A stretch of DNA of 64,000 bases from contig CAVTRN010000002.1 of assembly GCA_963737155.1 (NCBI GenBank), positions 2,784,001 to 2,848,000 of the forward strand. The letters run 5' to 3'. Source of the stretch: Nitrospirota bacterium (GTDB lineage: Bacteria; Nitrospirota; UBA9217). Under the pieces are notes generated by a model. That model saw nothing but the letters and a program-made list of their open reading frames with translations, searched no databases and had not been told where the DNA came from. Within the stretch, counting starts at the first letter, position 1. Each line of letters begins with the position of its first letter. The translations under genes were made by a program, and so were the position numbers. Below are positions 20,171-30,079 of the stretch, piece by piece.

Positions 20171-21168
20171 TGCATTGGCTTGTCCAGCAGATTTCTAATG
20201 CCATCGGTTGTATATACTTTTCCATTTTCGTCAACAATGATGGCCTCCGCGCCGACACTTTTCACGATCTGAAGACCCTTTTCCGGACCAAGAATAAATG
20301 GCGCCTTTGTGAGTGGATCAATGAGCGCTCCCTTGTTCCCGATCAGGGTCGCAGAGATGACTCCCTTCGACGGCTTCCCGGTCCGGGGGTCAATAATATG
20401 ATGATACCGCTTATTTCCTCTCATGACGTACCGTTCATAATCGCCCGAGGTGGAAATATATTTATCGCTTAGGTCGAGCACAGCCAGCGTCTTATCAAGC
20501 TCCCGCGGGTGCTGCACGCCAATATGCCACGGCTTGCCATCCTCGCGGTGTCCCATGACCCAGATATCGCCGGCAACGGCTATGATCGCATTGGTTATTC
20601 CGCGCTTTCTGATTACGTCTGCAGCTCGATCCGCCGTATATCCTTTCATGCCTCCTAAATCCAAGATCATGCCACGTTTCTTTAGAAATATCGTCGAAGC
20701 TTTCCGATCGACCTCTATATTCCGATAGTTAACCAGTGGCCTGATACGCGTGATTTCACCATCCGTGGGAATTTTCCCCTCCTTGAGCCGCATCTGCCAG
20801 AGAACTACAAGCGGTCCAATCGATATGTCGAAAACGCCGCCGGATAGCTTTGAAACCACTGAGGCATCATCAACAACTTCAATCATTTCCGGTGATACCT
20901 TGACCGGATGCTTCCCAGCCGCAAGGTTCACCCTCGTTATTTCACTATCATTCTTGTAAAGTGACATCATGGCATCAAGTCGGCGAAGCTCCGCCATGCC
21001 CGCGTCAATGGCCGCTGCGCCTTCTTTCACCGTCCTCGCCACAACCGTAATTGTCACATCGGTACCCATGATTGCTTCCGTCTTTTGAACAGTCTTGGGT
21101 CCGTAGGAGGAGCATCCGGCTGCGATAAGAATAAGTGTGGAAAAAATGATCCCTGAAAGTCTCGTCAT
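20167..21168 (-). CDS. apbE: FAD:protein FMN transferase lipoprotein
   Basis: Lipobox AAGC; MGT; FDISIGPL; LDLGGMKGY; STSGDYERY; HHIIDPRTG. Confidence 0.92.
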   Translation of the reverse strand: MTRLSGIIFSTLILIAAGCSSYGPKTVQKTEAIMGTDVTITVVARTVKEGAAAIDAGMAELRRLDAMMSLYKNDSEITRVNLAAGKHPVKVSPEMIEVVDDASVVSKLSGGVFDISIGPLVVLWQMRLKEGKIPTDGEITRIRPLVNYRNIEVDRKASTIFLKKRGMILDLGGMKGYTADRAADVIRKRGITNAIIAVAGDIWVMGHREDGKPWHIGVQHPRELDKTLAVLDLSDKYISTSGDYERYVMRGNKRYHHIIDPRTGKPSKGVISATLIGNKGALIDPLTKAPFILGPEKGLQIVKSVGAEAIIVDENGKVYTTDGIRNLLDKPMQ

Positions 21169-21236
21169 AATACTCCCGGAGCTGCAAAACAATTTAAACG
21201 GAACAAGAGACAATTGCCCAGAGCAAGGGTTGGAAT

Positions 21237-22031
21237 TTACCCCTTGCCGAACTTTTTCTTTATAAGATAGTTCTTTGCTGCAATCCTGACCGGCGTCGGG
21301 ATGTTGCGGCTTTTTTCAAGAATGTTGAGTTCGCGGTTGCTCAACCGGTTGATAAACCCGAGCGATATGCCAATCGGTGTTTTGGGATTGCTCACCAGTG
21401 CCGATGCTACCGATATTTTTTTTGACCACTCGCTGTTAGTCCCAATTTTGCGTATCACATCTTCGCTCATATTGGCCGATTTAGCGAAGAACTCGATCTC
21501 GCCTGTGGTAATCCGTGGATTGTCTAGTACGCTCGTAGCAATTATCTTGCTTGGTTCCCGGATCAGCAGGCCCCGAGCCTCTTTGCCACCCACCAGTGCA
21601 AGCTTAATCTTCTGCGGCATCGTCATCATCTGGATGAGCTGCAGGATGTTGAGCTTTTTCCCGCTTTCGGCATGTTCATCGCCGGAGGCTTCCCCCATCA
21701 CTACATCGACCACCCGCGTACTGGCAATGAAGTGCTTCATATTCTCCGAGGCCGTCAACGCAATGAAGGCGAGCGTTGTCTCTTCCACATTGGGACAACG
21801 GACAAGAGCCTGTAAAACTTCCTCGTCGTCACAGTAGACCTGGGCAATCTTGTCGAGGACGTCGGCGGGAGTGTGGACATCGAGAATGATAGCCCGAAGC
21901 GATATCGGCGAGCAGTGTTCTATGTCTAGGGGAAGCTGCCGCTTGTACCTCCTCGCGCATATGATTTTCCATTTTGAGCTCTGGTACATGTACTGCCTCA
22001 CTATCCCGCTGAAATGGCTGGCTCTCGGCAT
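21237..22031 (-). CDS. conserved hypothetical helical-repeat protein
   Basis: QKIKLAL.GGKEARGLLIRE; VLDNPRIT; LVSNPKTP. Confidence 0.7.
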   Translation of the reverse strand: MPRASHFSGIVRQYMYQSSKWKIICARRYKRQLPLDIEHCSPISLRAIILDVHTPADVLDKIAQVYCDDEEVLQALVRCPNVEETTLAFIALTASENMKHFIASTRVVDVVMGEASGDEHAESGKKLNILQLIQMMTMPQKIKLALVGGKEARGLLIREPSKIIATSVLDNPRITTGEIEFFAKSANMSEDVIRKIGTNSEWSKKISVASALVSNPKTPIGISLGFINRLSNRELNILEKSRNIPTPVRIAAKNYLIKKKFGKG

Positions 22032-22330
22032 GAGACTTTGGTTAATAAGTTCTATAAGTTTTTATGCAATCATTGCAAGCGAAACACGGCTAATGTTTGT
22101 AAGCCATTGAAAAATAAAATTGTAGTCCTGGCAATGGCGACTTAATAGAAATAGATTTACGTCCATAATAACTAACCCATTCTATATCGCCTCGAGCTAA
22201 CTGGATTAATGCGTGTGATAACAATTAAGGAGCCGCCGGGCGTTCGGCAGCAAAAGACGACCCTTCTCCCTGATGAGCGGGTAAAATAACAAAGAGCACT
22301 CCCTGCTTTTGCTCGATTCCGGGCCTCTTC

Positions 22331-22537
22331 TTAAATAACTTTGTAGCCAGCCTCGACAATGGCGAGTGACAATTTGTCCGGGGACACTTTGGCGTTGTCA
22401 TATGTTACCTCTGCTTCGGCCTTCTGCAGGTCTACCTGTGCATCCTGCACGCCTGGTATTGCCTTGAGCGCTTTCTCGACCCGCATCACACAGTGATTGC
22501 AGGTCATGCCCTGGATCTTGAGATTTGCTTTTGTCAT
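22331..22537 (-). CDS. copZ: CopZ-like heavy-metal chaperone
   Basis: IQGMTCNHC; AGY; RBS GAGGAGG. Confidence 0.9.
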   Translation of the reverse strand: MTKANLKIQGMTCNHCVMRVEKALKAIPGVQDAQVDLQKAEAEVTYDNAKVSPDKLSLAIVEAGYKVI

Positions 22538-22639
22538 TCGTTCCTCCTCATAACACTCAACAACACCAATTCCTGCTTCATGATACACAATTCATGATGG
22601 TATAAGCAAGATAACTGAAGACAGGGGAAAAGTGAAGTT

Positions 22640-23742
22640 TTTTTCGTACCAAAGCAAATCCTGATTCGGCCTTTGTCCAAATCGTACTTTAGCTTTTCCA
22701 GTTTCTGCACCGATGAATGGAGCTTCCGTTTTTTGTTATGGACCGCAAACCGGAGAGACTTCACCCTAGGCGTTTTCTCATGTCCGGACAATTTTTCGTC
22801 TTTGCGTATGTCAATGACATTGTTCTCTTTGGTTCTAATCCATTTTCGCACAGATTTTATTTTTTGTTCGAGCTTTACAACCCGCAGTTTCAATATCTCA
22901 ACCGCGGAACTGATATTGCCGTCAAGATCGTAGCGGATAGCGTTAAACTGCTGGGCGGTAATACCATACTTAACAAGATACTCATTTTTGAATGAAATGG
23001 GTTTGTTGCCGGAACGAATGCTGTCTTTAAAGAGAGAGCGTTTGATGTGCCCGTATGAGTCGCCGATATCGTCAAGAACATGATAAAGAGACTTCTTTGT
23101 GTCCAGGTAAGACATGTCAATTAGCAAAGTTTGAGCGGTAAAAGAAAGTGTTTCACTTTTGCCGCTCTTGGCCTTGTTATCCTTATTACTTGCCATTTTC
23201 CAAGGCCTCCAGAGCTTTTTTTGCTTTATTGGCCGCTAACCGGCGTCCGTAGAGCCTTGCGCAAAACGATGTCAATATTTCAATCATGTCCTGCACCAAA
23301 TCATCCTTACGTTCGGTTTGGTCTACAATAATAAGTTGACGACCTTGAGTTCGAAGTGCTGATTCTCAGATCCAAACCGCATAAGCCGGTCACGATGCAA
23401 GGCGACAATAATACTGACGTTGGAGTCGTTATAAGAAGTAATATTATACAATATATTTACACTCTTGTCCAAAATAGCTTTTTGTTTTGGACAGCATTTT
23501 GACTTGAAACGGAGCCCGAGAATTTATCGATTGTTTAATACAGCACTAAACCTCTTTGTTTTGCAGATAAAATGGCTTAATCATCGAGAAAACAAGTAAT
23601 TTGAGCGTCCTTCGATATAATTGGACAGCATACTGAACCGCAAAGGGACCTCGATATAGGGGCTGTATCATCATTCATAAAATCAAGGTGTTTTCTTCTC
23701 TATTTTGGACAGCAGTGATATAAATATTAACAGTATTCAACC
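22640..23742 (-). mobile_element. decayed second copy of the IS607 (5' third of tnpB, 3' fragment of tnpA, left end)
   Basis: Protein nearly identical to the N-terminus of 580-2268 up to RICFGTKK; tnpA has deletions and frameshifts; end AACAGTATTCAACC at 23729-23742 matches AACAGTATTCTACC of copy 1. Confidence 0.85.
23460..23717. mobile_element. 258-bp MITE nested in the IS607 left end
   Basis: 18-bp TIRs CACTCTTGTCCAAAATAG / CTATTTTGGACAGCAGTG (16/18 match); 9-bp TSD ATATATTTA / ATATAAATA; a single ATATAAATA at the equivalent site in copy 1. Confidence 0.8.
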
Positions 23743-24194
23743 CTTGGGATGTTTGTGGGTACCATAACTATCCACGATCAAATGCAGGCCAAGTTCAGCC
23801 GGGATTTCACTTTCTAGTTTATTAAGGAAACAGATACACTCGGATGCCGATGGCGAGGAATACATCATACATGACCTTATAATAAGTCATGTTATTTATG
23901 GGACATTTGATTCAGAGTTGCATTGTCGACACATTTGCTATTGCTGTCTTCAAAGGCTGATTTCTCATCAATAGTTTCTACTGAAAAACTCATAATTCAA
24001 TCTAACCGAATCACGTCCCTTTTGTCAAGAAATGGCTAACTACACGAGTATCATGGCCGCATCAGGTCAACAGTTCTCCAAAAATTAAGCTTCTTCGGTC
24101 TTACATGAGTTCATTCATTCTTTCTTTATTCTTGACAATAGATGTCGAATCTGTTAACTTAAGGAATCCTATAGAGGAAGGGAGGTGAAACAGA

Positions 24195-24428
24195 ATGAAG
24201 AAGATTATTGCTCTTTTCACGGCAATGGCATTTGCCCTGACCCTCGGCGTAGCTTTCGCACAGGAAACAGCACCGGCACCTGCACCAGAGAAGAAAATGG
24301 CAGCTCCGGCAAAGACAACAAAGAAGAAAGCTACCAAGAAGAAGACAACAACGAAAAAGAAAACTGCAAAGAAGAAGACAACAGCAGCTCCGGCGGCAGC
24401 CCCAGCGGCAGCTCCAGCAACAAAGTAG
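24195..24428 (+). CDS. small secreted Lys/Ala/Thr-rich basic protein
   Basis: Signal peptide AFA-Q; KKKATKKKTTT repeats; RBS GGAGG; TTGACA-17-TAACTT promoter at 24132-24160. Confidence 0.85.
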   Translation: MKKIIALFTAMAFALTLGVAFAQETAPAPAPEKKMAAPAKTTKKKATKKKTTTKKKTAKKKTTAAPAAAPAAAPATK

Positions 24429-24499
24429 TTTCACCCATACCGCTCATTTATTATTCCTAAGCGGAAAGAAAGTTATCTTGAATGAACAAGTGATTTTAG

Positions 24500-24528
24500 G
24501 CAGGCGGAAATACCGCCTGCTTTTTTTT
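24500..24528 (+). terminator. intrinsic terminator
   Basis: GCAGGCGG-AAATA-CCGCCTGC followed by T8. Confidence 0.85.
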
Positions 24529-24560
24529 GCGCTGAACGTTCCAGTTTTTTCCTCCGCACC

Positions 24561-25496
24561 CTAATCCCACACCAGGAACAGCCGCTTGGTCTTTTTTAAA
24601 TCTTTCACCATCCCTTCAGTGGTGCCCGGCCCCTCATCAATAGAATCGGGACTGAATTCGTAAACTTCTCTGGCAAACGCCTTCAGGTCTTTGGGCAGTT
24701 TCTTAAACTCGAGCTCGACCCACTCGCTGTCTGCACCGATGATCTCAAAGGAAGATATCTTCTCCCAGTCCCGAAGCCGGTCAATAATATCCCGGTTGGT
24801 AATTTCATACTCGTCACCGTTAGTATGCATGATACGAAGAATCTCATACTGGTCCGTGCCTTTAATGATACCTATTTTATCCGCCTTGAGCCCTGTATTC
24901 ATCTCTATGATGAATGCCATGTATTTATGGGGCAACAGCTTGCGGCGGAGCGAAGCAAGAATGCTGTCTGATTTATCTTCGGGGACAGATACGGCAATGC
25001 CTGAAGCGATAATCTGGTATCCATCCTCATCATAGCCGACCAGCCTCTGGATGCGTTCGTGGGTTTCCTCCTTGATCATGATGAGCACTAACCGGTCAAA
25101 CTTGAGGATTCGCGCGATTTCCTCGGCATATGGCGAAAGGGCAACATGGGTGACAGTCGGCCTGCTTACGGCTGTGGCAGCCGCGCTGGTGGTCATACTG
25201 CTCGTAATGCCGATGTGCAGGGTATTTGTTGTCCTAGTGGCTATGCTGGCCGTCATGCCGCTTACGAGGCTGTTCGTTGTCTTGGTGGCCATGCTGGCTG
25301 TCATGCCGCTTACGAGGCTATTCGTTGTTTTGGTGGCCATGCTGGCTGTCATGCCGCTCACCGGGCTATTTGCATCATTATTCCCCGCAGTGCGCGTCGT
25401 ATCGCTAATAGCATGACCAGTGATGGCCACAATCAGCAATGTAGCACCGATCGCGACAAGAAGCAACCGTCGTTGGAAGATCTTCTTTATAACCAC
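24561..25496 (-). CDS. DUF4253-like exported protein with Ser/Thr/Met-rich repeats
   Basis: TNGDEYEI; FAREVYEFSPDSID; LFLVWD C-terminus. Confidence 0.75.
   Translation of the reverse strand: MVIKKIFQRRLLLVAIGATLLIVAITGHAISDTTRTAGNNDANSPVSGMTASMATKTTNSLVSGMTASMATKTTNSLVSGMTASIATRTTNTLHIGITSSMTTSAAATAVSRPTVTHVALSPYAEEIARILKFDRLVLIMIKEETHERIQRLVGYDEDGYQIIASGIAVSVPEDKSDSILASLRRKLLPHKYMAFIIEMNTGLKADKIGIIKGTDQYEILRIMHTNGDEYEITNRDIIDRLRDWEKISSFEIIGADSEWVELEFKKLPKDLKAFAREVYEFSPDSIDEGPGTTEGMVKDLKKTKRLFLVWD
25172..25363 (-). repeat. 48-bp intragenic tandem repeat, 3 copies plus 1 degenerate
   Basis: VSGMTASMATKTTNSL x2, VSGMTASIATRTTNTL, HIGITSSMTTSAAATA. Confidence 0.85.
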
Positions 25497-25720
25497 AAAT
25501 ACTCTCCCTGAGGATAATCGACCGATCTGGATCGAATAATAATAAAATTATCAGCACGACTTAAAACAAGCGCTATTATACTATCATAGTATGAACTTTT
25601 ATACCAAAATGTTTTACATGCCCACATACACAATATACTGAGATGAATATGCTGGATTGGTTTGGTTTCGGAAATCTTTATGCCGAGAGACATCTTCAAA
25701 ATACTTATCGACCAAAAAAC

Positions 25721-26256
25721 AGTAGATACCCACGGGCTTACGCCCATAGTACTTTTAAAAACCTAACTTCAACTACCCTTATCAACTATTTCTTTAAATT
25801 TAGCATATCGCCTGAATATCTCTAATTTAATCCGTAGGTGAAAAAACCCGAGTGACCAGACTTGATCTCACCAATATCTGGTCTTGATCCAGGTAAACTT
25901 TTTTTGCCACTCTACTTGAATTCACCTTTACTTTTCCCACGATCATTGATACCGAATATCTCACTTACCGAATGCTCACGATCTTCATGACTGTACGTTC
26001 GATGTCTATGCCACGATGATACGTTTCAAGATCCTGCAGCCGCTTTTCTACTAATCGTTTCCGATCACCATTCAATGTTTCGCTTCCGATACTTGAATAT
26101 CCATAGTATGTAGTAAATGTAGCAACGGTGATGATATGCACCATCGGCACTATGTCGAAATTCCATGTTGCCATTGTATCATTAAAAACATTACCAGCCT
26201 ACGGCCGGTACGCTTTTATCCACGGGATTACATCCGTGATCTTCAACGCTTTTTTT
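25721..26256 (-). mobile_element. IS200-like element relic (Y1 transposase pseudogene), copy A
   Basis: Terminal hairpins TACCCACGGGCTTACGCCC and ATCCACGGGATTACATCCGTGAT; homologous to copy B. Confidence 0.75.
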
Positions 26257-26408
26257 TGACGAAATTATTCAACATCGTCCGCGAAGGGCATCCATGACTC
26301 CTTTTCACTTCGTCGATTTCCGGGTAGAGACCCCTATTTGTCCCATCCCCCCAGTTTGTGTGAATAGCATCGCAACGATAATGAGGGGACCTTGCAGAAA
26401 CATGTCGT

Positions 26409-27044
26409 TTAGATATGTCTTGAAGGGCAAATGTCGGACAAAACGCACACGTCATGATTGGGGTTCCTAGACATGCAAACTTTTCTACCGTGAAAGATAA
26501 GGAGATGAGACAAATTGCCCCACTCTTTATGCGGTGTTATCTTTACCAGGTCGGCTTCGATCTTCACCGGGTCCACCTGTTTGGTAAGACCTAAACGGTA
26601 GGCGAGACGCTTGACGTGGGTGTCGACGGCAATGCCTTCGTTGATTCCGTAAGCGCTCGATAGTACAATATTTGCCGTCTTCCGGGCCACGCCAGGAAGA
26701 GTGATTAGTTCCTTCATGGTTTTCGGAACATTCCCACCGTATTGCAAGAGAACCATCTTCGCGGTATTGCAAATATTCTTTGCCTTGTTCCGGTAAAAGT
26801 TAACCGATGCGACATCCTTTTCCAGCTTTTCGGGTGAACAATCCGCAAAGTCCTCGATGGTGCGGTACTTCTTGAATAGTTTCTCAGTCACTTTGTTCAC
26901 TTGGATGTCCGTGGTCTGCGCGGAGAGTATCGTTGCGGCGAGAAGTTCGAAAGGATTAGAATAATGCAAGGCCGTTTGCGGCGTTCCTGCATATTCTTTT
27001 TTGAGTCCTTTCAGGATTTTCGTTAAACGTTTTTTATTGTCCAT
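26409..27044 (-). CDS. nth: endonuclease III
   Basis: LLAATILSAQTTD; LPGVARKTAN; IAVDTHV; Fe-S region C-x6-H-x2-C-x5-C. Confidence 0.95.
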   Translation of the reverse strand: MDNKKRLTKILKGLKKEYAGTPQTALHYSNPFELLAATILSAQTTDIQVNKVTEKLFKKYRTIEDFADCSPEKLEKDVASVNFYRNKAKNICNTAKMVLLQYGGNVPKTMKELITLPGVARKTANIVLSSAYGINEGIAVDTHVKRLAYRLGLTKQVDPVKIEADLVKITPHKEWGNLSHLLIFHGRKVCMSRNPNHDVCVLSDICPSRHI

Positions 27045-27105
27045 GCCCCTCTCCTTTTTTCTCCGAAAGCAGCGATTGACCGAAAAAGATCGGTTATTGA
27101 CAAAT

Positions 27106-27655
27106 AGTAGATACCCACGGGCTTACGCCCGCGGTACTTTTTAAAAACCTAACCTCAATTACCCATTATCAACCTCTTCTTGAAATTTAGCATATCGCCT
27201 GATTATCTCTTCTTTAATCCAACCATAGGTGAAAAGAACCGGGGCGACCAGACTTCATCTCGCCAATATGTTTTCTTGATCCAGGCAAACTTTTTTCTTG
27301 CCGCTCTAATCGAGTTCGCTTTTACTTTTCCCACGATCGTCGATCCCGATAACCTCGCTGGTGTCACGATTACCAAATGCGCACGATCTTCCTGAATACT
27401 ATTCCGTTCGATGTCTATGCCAAGATGATACGTTTCATATCCTGCAGCTACTTTTCTACAAATTATTCCCACTCTTCATTCTTTTTTCGTTTCCGATACT
27501 TGGGTATCTATCATGCGTAGTACCAGAGATGATTTGCACCATAGGCACTTAGTCGAATTTCCATACAGCCATTGTATCATTAAAAACATTACCAGGCTAT
27601 GCATGGTACACTTTCATCCACGGGATTATATCCGTGATCTTCAGAGCGTTTTTTA
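27106..27655 (-). mobile_element. IS200-like element relic, copy B
   Basis: IQEDRAHLVI (eroded HUH)...KANS...WSPRFFS.MVG; same end hairpins as copy A. Confidence 0.8.
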
Positions 27656-27670
27656 ATGAATGTGCTGGAA

Positions 27671-28351
27671 CTAATCAGGAATGTTGTTACGAATGCTGTT
27701 AAGATACCGCAGGGTCCTCGAAACTGACGCATCACCGGAGCGCTGCTGCCCCAACAGTGTAATAAGATCTTCTTTTCTGTCCACATCAGTGCATTCAGGA
27801 AGGACATAGACTGAACGCAGCGCCTGGTGCAGCCTCCTGCTGGTTTCAACAAAGACCCCAGCTGTGCTCCAAGGCATGTGATGAAAAATATATGTGCAAA
27901 GTGTGTCCTTTTTGAAACCGATCAAGTAATATCCACCATCGCTGGCAGGGCCGATGACTGAGTCATGGGTAGCTAATGCTTCAAGGGCCTCGGCGATGAT
28001 TGCCGAAGTTATACCAGGGACATCGCTCCCGATGAGTACTGCCGCATCAATCCCTTTTGCAAAAACGTGAGAAAAAGCCTGCTCCATCTTTTCCCCGAGA
28101 TCGTTCCCGAGCTGCGGCATATAGGAATAATCATGGCCCAACCACTTTCGCATCCGATCGCCCGCTCCGGCTGGATCAAAGCAGATATGGAAGGAGTAAT
28201 GTCCGCTGTTCACCATATCGATTGTATCCAGGACCATGCATTCATATAAGCGCAGGACCACGTTCCCGTCCAATCGGTTTGCAAGGCGGGATTTGACCTT
28301 TCCCTTCTCCGGAAGCTTGACGAACAGAATAACGCAGCGTGTGTCGGACAT
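27671..28351 (-). CDS. TIGR04282/DUF2064-family glycosyltransferase-like protein
   Basis: FVKLPEKGKVKSRL; QLGNDLGEKM; LIGSDVP; GPASDGGYYLIG; DVD..EDL. Confidence 0.9.
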   Translation of the reverse strand: MSDTRCVILFVKLPEKGKVKSRLANRLDGNVVLRLYECMVLDTIDMVNSGHYSFHICFDPAGAGDRMRKWLGHDYSYMPQLGNDLGEKMEQAFSHVFAKGIDAAVLIGSDVPGITSAIIAEALEALATHDSVIGPASDGGYYLIGFKKDTLCTYIFHHMPWSTAGVFVETSRRLHQALRSVYVLPECTDVDRKEDLITLLGQQRSGDASVSRTLRYLNSIRNNIPD

Positions 28352-28355
28352 GGGG

Positions 28356-29040
28356 CTATCGAAAAACCTCGATATTTTCTATAATGGATACAGGACTCTC
28401 CTCGCTGTTGCCCGCATCGCTCGTGATCGCGATTCAAGCATGCGCGGAGAGAATTCTAAAGGCCTTCTTGTAATCAGCCACGATGTCAATCTCTTCGTCC
28501 CGCCAGACACCGACGTTTTTCGCGCTTTTCTCCAGAAAAATCATCTTCGACCAGTCGATGTAATGACTGGCCACAATCGATTAAGTGTTCCTTGTTCTCC
28601 CAAACATAATTGAATCTGGCCTGCAAGGATACTCTCCGAACAGCTTTTTTGCAAGCCCATATTACAGCCTTTCCAGAGCCTCCGCCTGCGCGGGATCACA
28701 TTCGAACATGATATACACACACATCGGGTAATCGTCGCTGGCTTTATTTCCTATCCCGTCTTTGTACATACATTGACCACTTTCCAACACCAGTTGACTT
28801 TGGGGTAGTCATAGACGTCAAAAGCAGCTTATACATAATTGCAGATGCCAATACGCTGTGTTCCCCTTTCAGAACGAAACGTTCGCCGTCTTTAAGTGAA
28901 TAGATCGAATACTTCTTGTTTTTGAAAATAAAAAACGGTTGCCAGTTGTTTATGCCGGAAAACTCTTCATAAAACAGAACCGGCGTATCCGATGCGCGGC
29001 TTGCCAACGATAGCATCAGAGCGAACAGGAATAAGCTCAA
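28356..29040 (-). pseudogene. DUF3047-like protein pseudogene
   Basis: Fragments SDDYPMCVYIMF, KKLFGEYP, DIVADYKKAF, IAITSDAGN, separated by stops and frameshifts. Confidence 0.6.
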
Positions 29041-29126
29041 TCAGATTTCATCAAAAAAGGAAAAACATTCGTCCTTATGCAGTGCTCATCAGGAGAGTCA
29101 TTGCCGTTGAAAACCCGGTTTTGCTC

Positions 29127-29945
29127 TTAATGGTACTCTTCGTGATCGTCGCCGAACACATAGTGGATAATTTCCCATGCGGTTTCCTCGATAGACTTGT
29201 TTGTGGTGTCAACAGCCCCCCAGCCTTGGTGGCGTCTAACAAGGTCCCGCACATACTCGACTTCGGTAAATATTTTTTTAAAATCACTATAACTCGCTTT
29301 GAGACCAGATTGTTTTTGGCGAACCCTCCTCACCTTTTGGAGGACTTCCGGGTCTATATTAAGACAGACGATCTTGTGCTGATCAATCTGAAACAGCTCT
29401 TCCGGCAGAGGGATGTCCGGCACGATCGGCACATTTGCAACCTTGTAGCCTTCCTGGGCCAGGAAAAAAGAGGTTGGAGTCTTGGAGGTGCGCGAGAGTC
29501 CGAGAATGACAATGTCGGCTTCATGTAAACGTTCAGCCCCCCTCCCATCGTCATGGTTGAGGGTATATTCGATCGCATCGATGCGCTTGAAATACCGTTC
29601 ATCGACTTTTCTAAGTAGAGTTGGGGTTTCAAGCGGCTCGAGTTTCAAATAGGCCGAGAGATTGTTGATGAGCGGTCCCAGGATATCGAGATGAAAAAGG
29701 TTGTGCATCCGGCAGTAATCTGTGGCGTGGAGTCGCATCTCCTTTTTTACAAAAGTAAATGCAATGAGAGCCTTGTCTGTCCTTGCCTGCTCAAGGACTC
29801 TCTTAAGGGCGGATTTTGTATCGATGTCGTGGAAAAGCAGTATTCTGGTGCGGGCGTGTTCGAATTGGACCAGGGCTGCCCTGAGAATGTGTAAGCCGCT
29901 CTGGCCTGTAGCATCGGAAATAATATAGATTTTTTTCGCTGCCAT
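29127..29945 (-). CDS. PPDK/PEP synthase regulatory kinase/pyrophosphorylase (DUF299)
   Basis: ISDATGQS; YFKRIDAIEYTLNHDDG; GLSRTSKTPTS; VANVPIVP; KSIEETA. Confidence 0.92.
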   Translation of the reverse strand: MAAKKIYIISDATGQSGLHILRAALVQFEHARTRILLFHDIDTKSALKRVLEQARTDKALIAFTFVKKEMRLHATDYCRMHNLFHLDILGPLINNLSAYLKLEPLETPTLLRKVDERYFKRIDAIEYTLNHDDGRGAERLHEADIVILGLSRTSKTPTSFFLAQEGYKVANVPIVPDIPLPEELFQIDQHKIVCLNIDPEVLQKVRRVRQKQSGLKASYSDFKKIFTEVEYVRDLVRRHQGWGAVDTTNKSIEETAWEIIHYVFGDDHEEYH

Positions 29946-30079
29946 TTTTCCCTACATTATGAACATTAGCCTGTCGAGCCTCGTCCATCGATAACAGCTG
30001 CGTCTGAGGATGCAGAGAACAAGGGAAACAACCATCAGCTTTAATTTCTTAAGCTCCCCGGAATGACATCCCCTAGCCC

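Noticed and set aside
25172-25363. CRISPR-like periodicity
   Set aside because: Contiguous in-frame coding repeats without unique spacers
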